From: Candidatus Bathyarchaeota archaeon
GTDB taxonomy: Archaea > Thermoproteota > Bathyarchaeia > Bathyarchaeales > Bathycorpusculaceae
Reading direction: 5' to 3'
Assembly (NCBI GenBank): GCA_963780185.1
Contig: CAWABA010000004.1
Span: forward strand, 32,001 to 96,000
DNA length: 64,000 nucleotides
The notes beneath the pieces are model-generated. The model worked only from the letters and a program-made list of their open reading frames with translations, was not told the origin of the DNA and ran no database searches. How positions within the stretch are numbered: the stretch's first letter is position 1; each line of letters starts with the position of its first letter. The position numbers were made by a program, and so were the translations under genes. This document shows positions 39,313-48,627 of the stretch, piece after piece.

Positions 39313-40338
39313 GTGAGCAACGAAAAAGCAGGAAAAACTCCAGCCCGAGACGGCGCAGGTATCGGCGAACGAAGGATAATTGACATTATCGCCAGCCACC
39401 TTGAAGCCATGCCTAACCTGCCCGTGCCCTTCGGAGACGACGTGTCCGCCGTCAACATAGATGAAAAACAGGTTGCCGTGCTCAAAACGGACATGCTTGT
39501 AGGCAAAACCGACGTGCCCCCAAATATGAGCCTTTGGCAGGCCTCACGCAAAGCAGTTGTCATGAACATCAGCGACTTCGCTTCCAAAGGTGTGCAGCCA
39601 ACAGCCGCGCTTGTATCCCTGGGGTTACCTAAAGGCTTCATGCAAAAAGACATTGAAGAAATCGCGCGGGGACTAAACGCGGGTGCAAGAGAATATGGGG
39701 CATACATCGTCGGCGGAGACACGGGTGAAGCCTCAGACCTCATAATTTCAATCAGCCTCTACGGTACAGCAGAGAAAACGAGCCTGATACTGCGCAACGG
39801 AGCTAAGCCAGGAGACGTTTTGGCTGTCACAGGGTTCTTCGGCAAATCAGCCGCTGGACTACGGTTGCTGATGGATAACTGTTCAGCGTCTGCTCATCTT
39901 CGGGATGTTTTGCTTGGGGCGGTTTGCATGCCTAAGGCGCGGCTAAAAGAAGGATTAGCCCTTAGCCGTTCGGGTGCAGCGTCAGCTTCGATCGATTCAA
40001 GCGACGGCTTAGCTTGGAGCCTGCATGAAATCGCCAAAATGAGCAACGTCGGCTTTGTCGTTAACACCGTTCCCGTCTCCGACGAAGTTAGACGGTTCGC
40101 GGAATTCAACCATCTCAACCCCACGGAACTGGCACTTTACGGCGGCGAAGAATACGAACTAGTCGTAACCATCAAGCCAGACAAATGGGTCGAAGCGGAA
40201 GACGCAATTGAAGCCGTCGGCGGATGCCTCCTGCCCATTGGAAAAGCAACAAGGGACACGCAGATGCTCTTAGACGTTGACGGCACGAAGCGCCCTGTTG
40301 AAGCCCGCGGCTGGGAGCATTTCAAGAGCAAGATTTAG
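39313..40338 (+). CDS. thiL: Thiamine-monophosphate kinase
   Basis: FGDD, KTDMLV, NISDFASKG, VGGDT, IDSSDGL, GGEEYELV, GWEHF. Confidence 0.95.
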   Translation: MSNEKAGKTPARDGAGIGERRIIDIIASHLEAMPNLPVPFGDDVSAVNIDEKQVAVLKTDMLVGKTDVPPNMSLWQASRKAVVMNISDFASKGVQPTAALVSLGLPKGFMQKDIEEIARGLNAGAREYGAYIVGGDTGEASDLIISISLYGTAEKTSLILRNGAKPGDVLAVTGFFGKSAAGLRLLMDNCSASAHLRDVLLGAVCMPKARLKEGLALSRSGAASASIDSSDGLAWSLHEIAKMSNVGFVVNTVPVSDEVRRFAEFNHLNPTELALYGGEEYELVVTIKPDKWVEAEDAIEAVGGCLLPIGKATRDTQMLLDVDGTKRPVEARGWEHFKSKI

Positions 40339-40891
40339 CTTTGCAGTCAAGCAAATAATTGATGATTGTAATACACGAAGCCGCCAAATAAGGCTGTTTG
40401 CCTAAACTGATTTTTTCGCCAAACCTGAGGGCGAACCTTTCCACGTTTCTTGGCAACCCAACATGGTCACCAAGAACGAAAACGGCGTCGTCCGCAAGCT
40501 CGATGTCAGCAACGTTTTTTCCGCCCTCTTCCAAAACGTAGACACGATGAGTCTGGGCTTCAGATTTTAGCAAGGCTTCAAAACTTGTCTTGTCGACGCT
40601 GATGCCTGGGTGAGATTTGCCAGCGATAGTTTTTCTTAGGATTTGCTGCCATGTGTCAACGTCTGTTCGCACATCATAAAGTTGTTCTCCGTCGATTTTT
40701 ATGTGCAGCGGAGGATTCGGAGGGCCATTCAAAACGGCGTGGAAGAACACGTCTCTGCGTAAGCCGTGAGAAAGGAAAAGGCTGGTTACTATGCATTCGT
40801 ATGCGATGTCTAAGCGTCCTGCATCGTGGAGGTTGTGGAATGACGGGTCGGTTTTTCCTAAACGTGAGAACAGGATGAATTGTCTTGGCAA
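40322..40891 (-). CDS. trmY: tRNA (pseudouridine54-N1)-methyltransferase (SPOUT)
   Basis: AGRLDI, LFLSHGLRRD, L.GPPNPP, FVLGDHVG, ISLG...YLAASCI. Confidence 0.9.
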   Translation of the reverse strand: MPRQFILFSRLGKTDPSFHNLHDAGRLDIAYECIVTSLFLSHGLRRDVFFHAVLNGPPNPPLHIKIDGEQLYDVRTDVDTWQQILRKTIAGKSHPGISVDKTSFEALLKSEAQTHRVYVLEEGGKNVADIELADDAVFVLGDHVGLPRNVERFALRFGEKISLGKQPYLAASCITIINYLLDCKAKSCS

Positions 40892-40966
40892 CGGGGTTCA
40901 CATTTTACTGCTGTGCAAACTTGCTTTAAAGCACTTCCCAAATAGCCTGCTTTTGACTTACAGATT

Positions 40967-41398
40967 TTAGACAATTACGTGCGTAAGGACAAGGATGTTG
41001 TTTACTACAACCGCGGCAAGGAACACAACGATAGTTAAGTAAGCCATCTTTAGCGTTTTCAAAGCAATTCTGAAAGAGTTGGAGCTGTGGTCAGAAGTCC
41101 GCATTAGCGTTTTTTGCGCCAGAACAAAAATCAAACCAACGGAAATTGTCACAACTAATTTTATAACCACAAAACCCGACAGATTAGTGCTAACTAACCC
41201 TGCAAGTACAGGATTCAATTCTCTTGTGCCGAAAAACACAGCGCCCACGACCGTGGTAAGGCAATCCATTGAGCCCATAAAAATCAGAAGCAAACAACTT
41301 GAAAAACTTTGGGGACTCTGCAAAACTTTTTCTCCTTTCCCATTCAGAAAACTAACGCTACAGTTGAGAGACGTACTCGAAAAGTCAAGGGTTGCCAA
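40967..41398 (-). CDS. DUF5658-like membrane protein
   Basis: D.LTT.VG...G..ELNP, F...K, VVVNN. Confidence 0.75.
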   Translation of the reverse strand: MATLDFSSTSLNCSVSFLNGKGEKVLQSPQSFSSCLLLIFMGSMDCLTTVVGAVFFGTRELNPVLAGLVSTNLSGFVVIKLVVTISVGLIFVLAQKTLMRTSDHSSNSFRIALKTLKMAYLTIVVFLAAVVVNNILVLTHVIV

Positions 41399-41550
41399 AA
41401 TCAGTGGTCTTCGGCTACAGACTTAGAATGCGTGTAGCTTTCAGCATAGTTATTGTTGAATGTGTTTTTATATGTTCACTGTTTCGAGTGATGCAATAGG
41501 GTGGTATGGGTAACTTGGAAACTTTGACAAGTTAAAGCCGTGCTACTTGT

Positions 41551-41949
41551 TTAGACTAGAACTCTCTTGATTATCGATGAGTGATTCACGGTTTTTTCCA
41601 TGAACACGCTGATTTTGTTGCCGCCGATCTTCATGAAAAGCACTTTCAGGGTTTTGCCTTCAACCAAAGCGCTTTCAATTTCGGAAACACTTAGCTGTTT
41701 CGCAATATCCAAGCAGGACTCGTACAGTTGATAGGACAGAAAGGCGTATTGGCTTATTTTGTCGCTTTCAGCTAAATCCAGCACAGCCGAAGTGTTGCCT
41801 CTCATGATGTAGCCTAATACACCGTTGAGTTTCCGTATTTCAGCCAAGCTCGCGCCTAAACTTGCGTAAGCGGGGTCTTCGCCGTCTACGGCTGTTATCG
41901 CAACCACGTTAGTCAACGCCGTTTCCGTTTGCCTGACGGTTGTGGTCAA
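41551..41949 (-). CDS. Roadblock/LC7 (MglB-like) domain protein
   Basis: L.EIRK..GVLGYI, IESALVEGK..KVLF..IG..KISVF. Confidence 0.75.
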   Translation of the reverse strand: MTTTVRQTETALTNVVAITAVDGEDPAYASLGASLAEIRKLNGVLGYIMRGNTSAVLDLAESDKISQYAFLSYQLYESCLDIAKQLSVSEIESALVEGKTLKVLFMKIGGNKISVFMEKTVNHSSIIKRVLV

Positions 41950-42770
41950 TTTTTCGCCTCCGACGACGTGGGGATAACGGGCTTAACCATCACCAGTTTG
42001 CCTTCGCCTGTGCGCAAAGTCTGAAGAATCCTTTCAGGAATCTGAATTACCCCCTTCGCCTTGCCATCTGCCTCGCGTATAGGCTTGAATTTACACATGA
42101 CTGATTTGCCCTCTAAGGTTTCAACGTTCACCAGCAAAATTTCCCTGTCACCGTAAAGGTCGCTCCACTTGGCTACGACGTCGGCGTCAACCCGCACCAT
42201 GTCCGAAGCAACCAGCAACCCCCCGATTTTCTCAACCATAAACTGGTTCACAGGCGGCTTAGGAAAAACCTCTTCGGGAGGTGAGGGCGACGTGTCTGTA
42301 AATTGATCCGTTAACGTAGGTTCTTCAGGCGGCTGAACGGTTTCTTCAACCTGTTTAACCCCAGACGCAGCAACGTCTGATGATGGGTTGTCGATGCTTG
42401 CGGGAGAAACTTGATCCAGAAGCCTGATGATGGTTGGCACGATAACGCAGGTTAACGCTTTAACCATTTTTTCATCTGCCGCCCGAGAAGAAACGGTTGC
42501 TAAGTAGCGGCTGTTGGTGGATGTTATGTCTAGTTGGCTGCTTACGCCTTGGATAGTTAGGTTTTCTACGCCGCCTATGGCTGCCGCTTGGTTGGCTATT
42601 TCGTCGTAGGCGTCTGCGAGTTTTTTTGCTTGGTCCTCGGCTACGTCGTCTTCGTTGGCAGCTAAGATTTGGCCGTCTTTTTTGAAAATTATGGCTTTGG
42701 TCAGTTCTGGGCTGATGTTTCGAAATTCGGCTAGAACTGTCTGCAGCGTGGTTGAGGAGGCTTGGGTCAC
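41946..42770 (-). CDS. Roadblock/LC7 domain + Pro/Glu linker + double-psi beta-barrel-like C-terminal domain
   Basis: L.EF.N.SPE....IF..DG.ILA, GGVENLTIQG; C-terminal VRVD....W, GVIQIPE.I...L....G.LV.VKP; GTG start at 42770. Confidence 0.75.
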   Translation of the reverse strand: MTQASSTTLQTVLAEFRNISPELTKAIIFKKDGQILAANEDDVAEDQAKKLADAYDEIANQAAAIGGVENLTIQGVSSQLDITSTNSRYLATVSSRAADEKMVKALTCVIVPTIIRLLDQVSPASIDNPSSDVAASGVKQVEETVQPPEEPTLTDQFTDTSPSPPEEVFPKPPVNQFMVEKIGGLLVASDMVRVDADVVAKWSDLYGDREILLVNVETLEGKSVMCKFKPIREADGKAKGVIQIPERILQTLRTGEGKLVMVKPVIPTSSEAKN

Positions 42771-42790
42771 CTTTGCTGCCTGCCTCTGGG

Positions 42791-43216
42791 TTATGTTATT
42801 TTGAATAGGATTCGCTCTGGGATGCCTTCGTCCTGCAACACGAGGTACCGTAGTCCTTCGGTGTCGCCGAGTTGATCCAGCCACTTTAATGCTTCCCGCA
42901 CTTTCTGCAGCACCAACAGCCGCTCCTGGTAGCTGCGCACGACCGCTTCTATGGCGGTTAACTCGTGGAATGCGTTGGCGTCAAGAACGATGTTTAGGGT
43001 GCCGACTGTGATTTCGCTTGGGTTCTCCGCGGTTGCTTTTTTGCCCGCCAGCTTCATCACGACTTCGCGAACCTTCTTTGACTTCTCAGCCAAAGTGCGA
43101 ATCTCATCCAAACGACGCAGGTACTCACCTAAGACACTTTTGGTCTCAGACAATTCCTTGTCGAGGGCATCCGCTATTGCCTGCGCTGAATTGTATTCTT
43201 GTATTTGAGTTACCAT
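42791..43216 (-). CDS. Coiled-coil protein with a prefoldin-like helix-hairpin-helix layout
   Basis: Two long amphipathic helices separated by ITVGTLNIVLD; DEGIPERIL C-terminus. Confidence 0.7.
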   Translation of the reverse strand: MVTQIQEYNSAQAIADALDKELSETKSVLGEYLRRLDEIRTLAEKSKKVREVVMKLAGKKATAENPSEITVGTLNIVLDANAFHELTAIEAVVRSYQERLLVLQKVREALKWLDQLGDTEGLRYLVLQDEGIPERILFKIT

Positions 43217-43313
43217 ACTTTTTTACCCTCCAAGAGGAAACGAAAGAGAAAAGGAAAAAGGTGGTGAAGCAAATTTCACCTTACCCCCAATTTTCAAACT
43301 AAAGCTTGCGCGC

Positions 43314-43800
43314 TTATGGACCAGTGTATGATGCTTGGGTTGTAAGTGTAGTTGCCTTTTGCAGTCATCAGTGAGATTGTGTACTGTGCACTGTTGCTAG
43401 CGAACGGAGTGTCGGTTGTACGTCGTGAGTGTCTACTGCAGCTGCTTTGACGTAATTGGCAACTTGATTAGGCCAAGCGTCATGCCAGTGCACTGGTAGC
43501 GCAGCCTATTATGCTGTTTTTCCATCGACAGTTACTAGAGTTTATCGTGACTGACGCTGAACCTGTGTTAATTGATAGAGCAATAACAGCTGACCATCCT
43601 CCGCCTTCAGTGTTGGCTAATACTACGTTTGTTATTTTTGCCTGCTCCGAATTACCCATGAAACCGATAGTTAATGCTCCCATCCATGCTGCTACGACAA
43701 CGCTGACTGCTACGGTGACGGCGATCAGTATGATTGTTGCGATTACGGGGCTTAGTGCTTTTGCGCTTTTCCTAAATTTCCTGAGTTTCTTGAAATTCAA
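43314..43800 (-). CDS. Archaeal type IV pilin, interrupted by several indels
   Basis: SAKA-LSPVIATIILIAVTVAVSVVVAAW; the distal frame gives QYTISLMTAKGN, a typical pilin C-terminus. Confidence 0.75.
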
Positions 43801-44006
43801 TTTGTTTTTTACCCTCCTTTGGGTTTCTGAATATACGTTCCACGCACAATGCTAATAAATATTATGACTTAATACATAATATTATAGATATGTTAAACAC
43901 AACTACAGCCAGCAACCAAAACCCTCATCTACAGCCGCATCTGTCTGACGATTTATTGTGTAAAAAAGATGAAGGGCGAGTACAAAAAAACTTTGTGAAT
44001 TTACAC

Positions 44007-44339
44007 TTAAGATTCAAGCTCGCCGAAAAATCCGAGAAGAAGCTTCGCAACTTTTTCGCCGAGTTCGGTTTTCAGGTAGTATTTTTTGAGCGGGTCGATT
44101 CGTTCGCTTTTGGCTAGGCCCAGCGATTCGATTTCGATCATTCTTGCCCTGAATGTGCCGTCGCTTAGTGTGAGTTTGTTTTTGCGCATGAAGTCTTTTG
44201 CTTCTTTCCATTTGCCTCGGCTTGCGTAGAGTAGTAGTAGGCAGTCGATGGCGTGGTCTTTTTCAAGCATGGTTTTGACTGCGGATAGTTTGGGGTCGGT
44301 TAGGATGTGTTTGATCTTCTCGTCCTCGTTTTTTGCCAT
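44007..44339 (-). CDS. Winged-helix transcriptional regulator
   Basis: LSDGTFRARMIEIESLGLA...YYLKTELGEKVA. Confidence 0.75.
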   Translation of the reverse strand: MAKNEDEKIKHILTDPKLSAVKTMLEKDHAIDCLLLLYASRGKWKEAKDFMRKNKLTLSDGTFRARMIEIESLGLAKSERIDPLKKYYLKTELGEKVAKLLLGFFGELES

Positions 44340-44701
44340 TTTTTTTTAACACCTTTCCTTTATTTGTTATTAAACCAAAAGTTAGCGTCTTACGCTTTTA
44401 AATCATATTGCGAATTGTGAAACATATCTGCAGACGCCTTCCTTCAGAAAACAAGTATAGAGCGTAACTTACTTATAAATTGTTACCAGACGTGTAAAAA
44501 ATGATTGAGGTTAAACATTCAGCTTTAAAATGGAATTGAAATCAATAAAGCTCTGATTTTTTTTGGAGATTGACGGTTGGTTTGGCTGTGCATTTCGGCA
44601 GGGTAAGCGATGTCGATGCCGATTTGGGAGGGGTGTGGTTTGGGAGGGTTAAACTTAACTAAGGACGCTTGCAAATCAATCGTTTAGGTGAGGTGTAATC
44701 C

Positions 44702-45295
44702 GTGGTTGCTGAGGTTGAGTATGAAGTTCCAACGTGGAGTCAAATCTACGGCATGCTGCTTAGCCAAGCCCGCAAAATCCGCGGTGACCACTACCTGCCG
44801 CAGGTCATCGTGGGTGTGGCGCGGGGCGGGTTGGTGCCTTCATGTGTCTTGGCGGATCTGCTGCAGACGCGTGAGCTGGCGGTAATCACCATTGAATCCT
44901 ACGTCGGCATCGCGCAGACCACGGCGCAGCCCATCCTAAAGCAGTGCCTCCAAACTGACTTGGCGGGCAGGAGGGTTTTGTTGGTTGATGACGTTTCCGA
45001 CAGCGGCAAAAGCTTGCAGCTTGCCAAAAAACACCTCCAAGACCTCGGCGCCCCCCAAATCAAGACCGCCACCCTCTACAGCAAACCCGGCACCGCAACA
45101 ACCCCTGACTATTTTGAGAGTCAGACAAGCCGCTGGATTGTTTTTCCATGGGAAGCTATGGAAACCTTGACGCGCCTAAGCTGCCGAGCAGAGGGCAAAC
45201 GGGCGATGGCTAAAGAAGTCTCCAACCTGGTGCGGTCAGGCTTCCCCAAGGCTTTGGCTGAGAAACTGCTCCAAGACGGCGGTGCCAACCCCTAA
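44702..45295 (+). CDS. Type I purine phosphoribosyltransferase-like protein
   Basis: IVGVARGG, VLLVDDVSDSGKSL, WIVFPWE. Confidence 0.9.
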   Translation: MVAEVEYEVPTWSQIYGMLLSQARKIRGDHYLPQVIVGVARGGLVPSCVLADLLQTRELAVITIESYVGIAQTTAQPILKQCLQTDLAGRRVLLVDDVSDSGKSLQLAKKHLQDLGAPQIKTATLYSKPGTATTPDYFESQTSRWIVFPWEAMETLTRLSCRAEGKRAMAKEVSNLVRSGFPKALAEKLLQDGGANP

Positions 45296-45861
45296 TGCTG
45301 CATCAGATAGAAGAATTCGGCGTCTACTTGGAAATCGCCGGCTTTAGAGGCGTAAAATTCGGTGACACAGAAGCTTTCCTCAAAGAAAATCGAAAAAAAA
45401 GCCGCCTCGGTCTTGAGATGCAGTTTTTCGACGCAGACTTAATCGCCACCAGCAGACACCTCTACTTCGCCGTCCTAAACGCCCTGCAAGCCTTCCACGG
45501 CAAAACAAACATCTCCAAAAGCCTAGCCGTCGAAACCATGCTCTACGCCTCCGCTCAGAGGCAAATACAGCGGGCCATCCAACGATGCGGCATCAAACCT
45601 CAAACCCAAAACATGGCAGCCACCATAATCGGAGAAAAACCCGCAGAAATCCACGCCTTGCTCAGGGAAATCAGCCGCTGCGTCGGCGCGGAACCCGATG
45701 AAGGCGTTCTGGAAATGTCTGCGCTCAAGCTTGAACGAATCGAAGAAGCCTTCCAAATCAAAGCAGAAGAGGTTAACTCTGTGATGAACGGTGGCAGCTT
45801 GGACGCGGCGGTTGTCAGCCTCGTCGTGGAACGCGTAGCCCTCTTGTCGACGCAGCTCTAG
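45295..45861 (+). CDS. cgi121: KEOPS complex subunit Cgi121
   Basis: QFFDADLIA...HL..A, NISKSLAVE.MLYASAQRQI..AI...G. Confidence 0.9.
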   Translation: MLHQIEEFGVYLEIAGFRGVKFGDTEAFLKENRKKSRLGLEMQFFDADLIATSRHLYFAVLNALQAFHGKTNISKSLAVETMLYASAQRQIQRAIQRCGIKPQTQNMAATIIGEKPAEIHALLREISRCVGAEPDEGVLEMSALKLERIEEAFQIKAEEVNSVMNGGSLDAAVVSLVVERVALLSTQL

Positions 45862-46389
45862 CTACATCATTTTTTCTTTCATGACCGATATGACGTCGCT
45901 GGGTTTTAGCAGCGCGATGCCTGTTAAGGCGCCAAGAACCTCGATTTGCAGGATACGGTCAGGATTATTCATATCTGCCCTGCGTTTAACGCCGTTGGCG
46001 GCTGCCTCCACGATTTCTTGCGTATGCAGTGCAGTGAAACGTTTCTCCACCGTAACCCGAAAAGACTCAGCTTCCCCGATTTTGGCAGCCAACTCCTGAG
46101 CTACCCGCCTAATCTCCTCCAAATCCGTGGGCACAACCCGCTCGATAGGCACAATGCGTAGGGCGTAGCGGAACTCATAGGGGCGCTCTTTGAGAATGGC
46201 ATGCAGTTTCTCGACGGCGACGAAGGGGTCCAGCGTGGTTTTAGCCACGATTAAGCCGCGGATTTTGGTTTTGCTTGTCTGCGGCTCTGGGTCGCCCAAC
46301 TGGTCTTTAAGCAGGTAGAGCAGCTCGTTGCACATTGGGCGTTCATTTCCCCGTGAAGTCGTCGCCACCAAATTAAAGTCACTAATCAT
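45862..46389 (-). CDS. Stand-alone THUMP-domain protein (Tan1-like)
   Basis: FNLVATTSRGNE, RIVPIE, SFRVTVEKR, NPD.I..IEVLG. Confidence 0.9.
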   Translation of the reverse strand: MISDFNLVATTSRGNERPMCNELLYLLKDQLGDPEPQTSKTKIRGLIVAKTTLDPFVAVEKLHAILKERPYEFRYALRIVPIERVVPTDLEEIRRVAQELAAKIGEAESFRVTVEKRFTALHTQEIVEAAANGVKRRADMNNPDRILQIEVLGALTGIALLKPSDVISVMKEKMM

Positions 46390-46558
46390 AACAGTTCCCA
46401 GAAATGAAAATGCAGGCAGGTTATTTCTGCCTTTAGCTTAGCCGCAGAAATTTTGGCTTCACTGCGTCGTTTACTCGTCATTTTTGAAAAATGAGGAAAA
46501 TACCCCATGAATCATCGCCACAACATAATTCGCAGACCCGCTTGCCCTGATTATCGCC

Positions 46559-46748
46559 GGTTTTTATTTTTTCGTACCCAGCCTCCCTACGGTTTTCTAG
46601 AGGATCCAAATAGGGACATCTAGATGAGCCAAATAGACACAAAAACCACCCGCAGGGCACCTCGTCTATGTTTGAATGCAACGTCTACCCCCTCCGTCAA
46701 CTAGATGCACCAAATATGCTCCAACTATGAAACAACATACTTCAACAT
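46559..46748 (-). repeat. ~190-bp non-coding repeat, copy 2 (inverted)
   Basis: Reverse complement aligns end-to-end with 39007-39194. Confidence 0.95.
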
Positions 46749-47078
46749 GGGAAAGGATGCGCAAAATTGTATGTTGAATTGTTGTTTTTAGCATGTAAAT
46801 CGCTGTTTTTTCATGGAAGAACCGATGAAAAAGGAAGTATGTTTCGCCTTTTTTGGGTCAGCGTTATTTGACGTTTTCTCACAGCGTAAGCTCGAAGCCG
46901 TCGCCTCACATCATCCCGCCATCAATGTGGGTCTGCGGAAATTTATTCATTTTGTTGCTGAAAAGCAACCGAGGAAAAACTGGTTTTCCCTTTGGCCTTG
47001 ACATTTCTTGCGGTGGTATGTGGGAGTTGGCTTTAATAATTTCTTTTCCCATTGCGAGGTATTCAAGAGGTCACTTAA

Positions 47079-47903
47079 ACGTTCGCAATTGGCCACTTTG
47101 CCTTGGGATACTTAGCTGGGAAGGGTTCTTCGAAGCTTGCCAAAGTCAAAGTGAACTTGCCCCTCCTGCTTGCAGCTTCAGTGCTCCCCGACGTAGACCT
47201 CCTGCTAAGGTTCCTAACGCACAGGGGACTAACACACTCACTAATCATCATAACCGCGCTGATGATTCCGTTTTTTGTGGTTTACCGAAAACAAGCCATA
47301 CCATACTACGCGGCGTTGCTATCCCACATTCTCATAGGCGACTTTTTCACTGGAGGAATCCAACTTTTTTGGCCTCTATCTCAAACAAAGTTCGGCATTC
47401 TAAACCTCAACGTGTCTAGCTGTGCCGACGTGACAGTGGAGCTTGCCCTGTTCTTGGTAACTTTACCCATTATGTATAAACTGGGCGATTTGCAGACTCT
47501 TCTAAAACCGCACAATAAGAACTGGGTTCTAGTAATTCCTTTTGTCGCAGTTCTAGGGCCTATGCTTTCCCTTGTTAAAAACTCGATGATAACGCCTCTG
47601 AGTCTTCTTTTTGTTCCAAGCTTGTTCTATCTGGGGCTGTTTGCTTTTTCCATCCTTGTTGATCTAAGAAGTACGCTCAATAAGACTGAGTGCAAGCTAG
47701 ATTCAGGCAACACTTCTCTAACAAGTTCTGCTAAGCTTCTCTGCAATGAAAACAGGAAAGATAAGCGTGCAAGCGTTGTTTCTACGTTAATTGGTTTACG
47801 AGTTCTTGGGCTCTTGTGTCGAGGTTTTCGGTTTGCCCAATTTTCACTACGACGGCATCGGACAGTTTACCGTTGGTTCCGAGTGCTGACACAGAGTTCT
47901 TAA
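47079..47903 (+). CDS. Membrane metal-dependent hydrolase (YdjM/DUF457-like); probable start is ACG at 47079
   Basis: TAA-ACG-TTC-GCA-ATT-GGC-CAC gives MFAIGH; SVLPDVD, HRGLTHS, SHILIGD, LFWP; the 3' end overlaps the opposite gene, so the true stop may be earlier. Confidence 0.85.
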   Translation, partial: TFAIGHFALGYLAGKGSSKLAKVKVNLPLLLAASVLPDVDLLLRFLTHRGLTHSLIIITALMIPFFVVYRKQAIPYYAALLSHILIGDFFTGGIQLFWPLSQTKFGILNLNVSSCADVTVELALFLVTLPIMYKLGDLQTLLKPHNKNWVLVIPFVAVLGPMLSLVKNSMITPLSLLFVPSLFYLGLFAFSILVDLRSTLNKTECKLDSGNTSLTSSAKLLCNENRKDKRASVVSTLIGLRVLGLLCRGFRFAQFSLRRHRTVYRWFRVLTQSS

Positions 47904-48345
47904 GCATTGACACGTCGCTCGGGGTTGTTGCGCCTGACCCGCTTCCGAACACGCCAACTTTGGTGCCTTGGTCGGGTTTGAGGTTGTTTAGGCAGTCTTT
48001 GACGGAAGCGGTTAATGAGCCTGCGTAGGTTGGTCCGCCTACGACTATTATTGCGTAGCCTGAGGTGTGTGATGCGGCTGAGCTTTTTATGCCTGCCAAA
48101 GTGACAGTATAGCCTTTTGCCTGCAAATCACTTGCAATTTTGTCAGCGACGCCTTTTGCAGCTCCAGACAACCCAGGATCATAAAGAACCAGGGCTTTTC
48201 CCGTTGAAGCCCCCGTGGGAGTTAACGTTTTTGATCCAGTTGCCGTGTAGGCAGCCAAATCCAAGAAGATTAATGCGCCAAAGGCGGCTACCAAAATAAT
48301 TATGACAGCAAACACTGCCAAGATAATTTTGAATACTTTCCTCAT
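47782..48345 (-). CDS. Membrane-anchored flavodoxin-domain protein
   Basis: N-terminal transmembrane helix; ALVLYDPG.SG, IVVGGPTYAG, VGVFGSG. Confidence 0.8.
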   Translation of the reverse strand: MRKVFKIILAVFAVIIILVAAFGALIFLDLAAYTATGSKTLTPTGASTGKALVLYDPGLSGAAKGVADKIASDLQAKGYTVTLAGIKSSAASHTSGYAIIVVGGPTYAGSLTASVKDCLNNLKPDQGTKVGVFGSGSGATTPSDVSMLKNSVSALGTNGKLSDAVVVKIGQTENLDTRAQELVNQLT

Positions 48346-48558
48346 TTTAATGCCCGCTTGCCTATTCCCCATTGCGATATTTAAGAGTAATCCATTCTCA
48401 GTCGGACTTCGAGGAAAATTTTGTGGAAAAATTTGTGCACGAACATGTTTAGCCCTAAATTATCATGTGAGATTAACGACATTTGTCGAATCTAAATGTT
48501 TAAACTGACGCGAGAGTAGGGTAGATTGTACGGCGTTATTTGGAGGTGAAAAAGAGAT

Positions 48559-48627
48559 ATGATATTCGAAGAGGAAGATGAATGGGAAGAAGGCGAAGAC
48601 GAAGAATGGGAAGAAGAAGAATGGTAA
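48559..48627 (+). CDS. 22-aa acidic Trp-repeat peptide MIFEEEDEWEEGEDEEWEEEEW
   Basis: Perfect GGAGGTGA SD, TTTAAA box at 48499-48504, T-rich tract after the stop. Confidence 0.7.
   Translation: MIFEEEDEWEEGEDEEWEEEEW

Noticed and set aside
2631-43800. Frameshifts in the giant pilin, ferritin-like, Cys-rich, HTH-TM, AbrB, Zn-finger and orphan pilin genes as programmed frameshifting or phase variation
   Set aside because: They are single-base indels in very short runs across unrelated genes, with no long homopolymer or slippery heptamer plus structure. Assembly error or decay is more parsimonious; read mapping would decide.
39007-46748. Composite transposon
   Set aside because: No transposase, and the enclosed genes include core functions (thiL, trmY, cgi121, THUMP).
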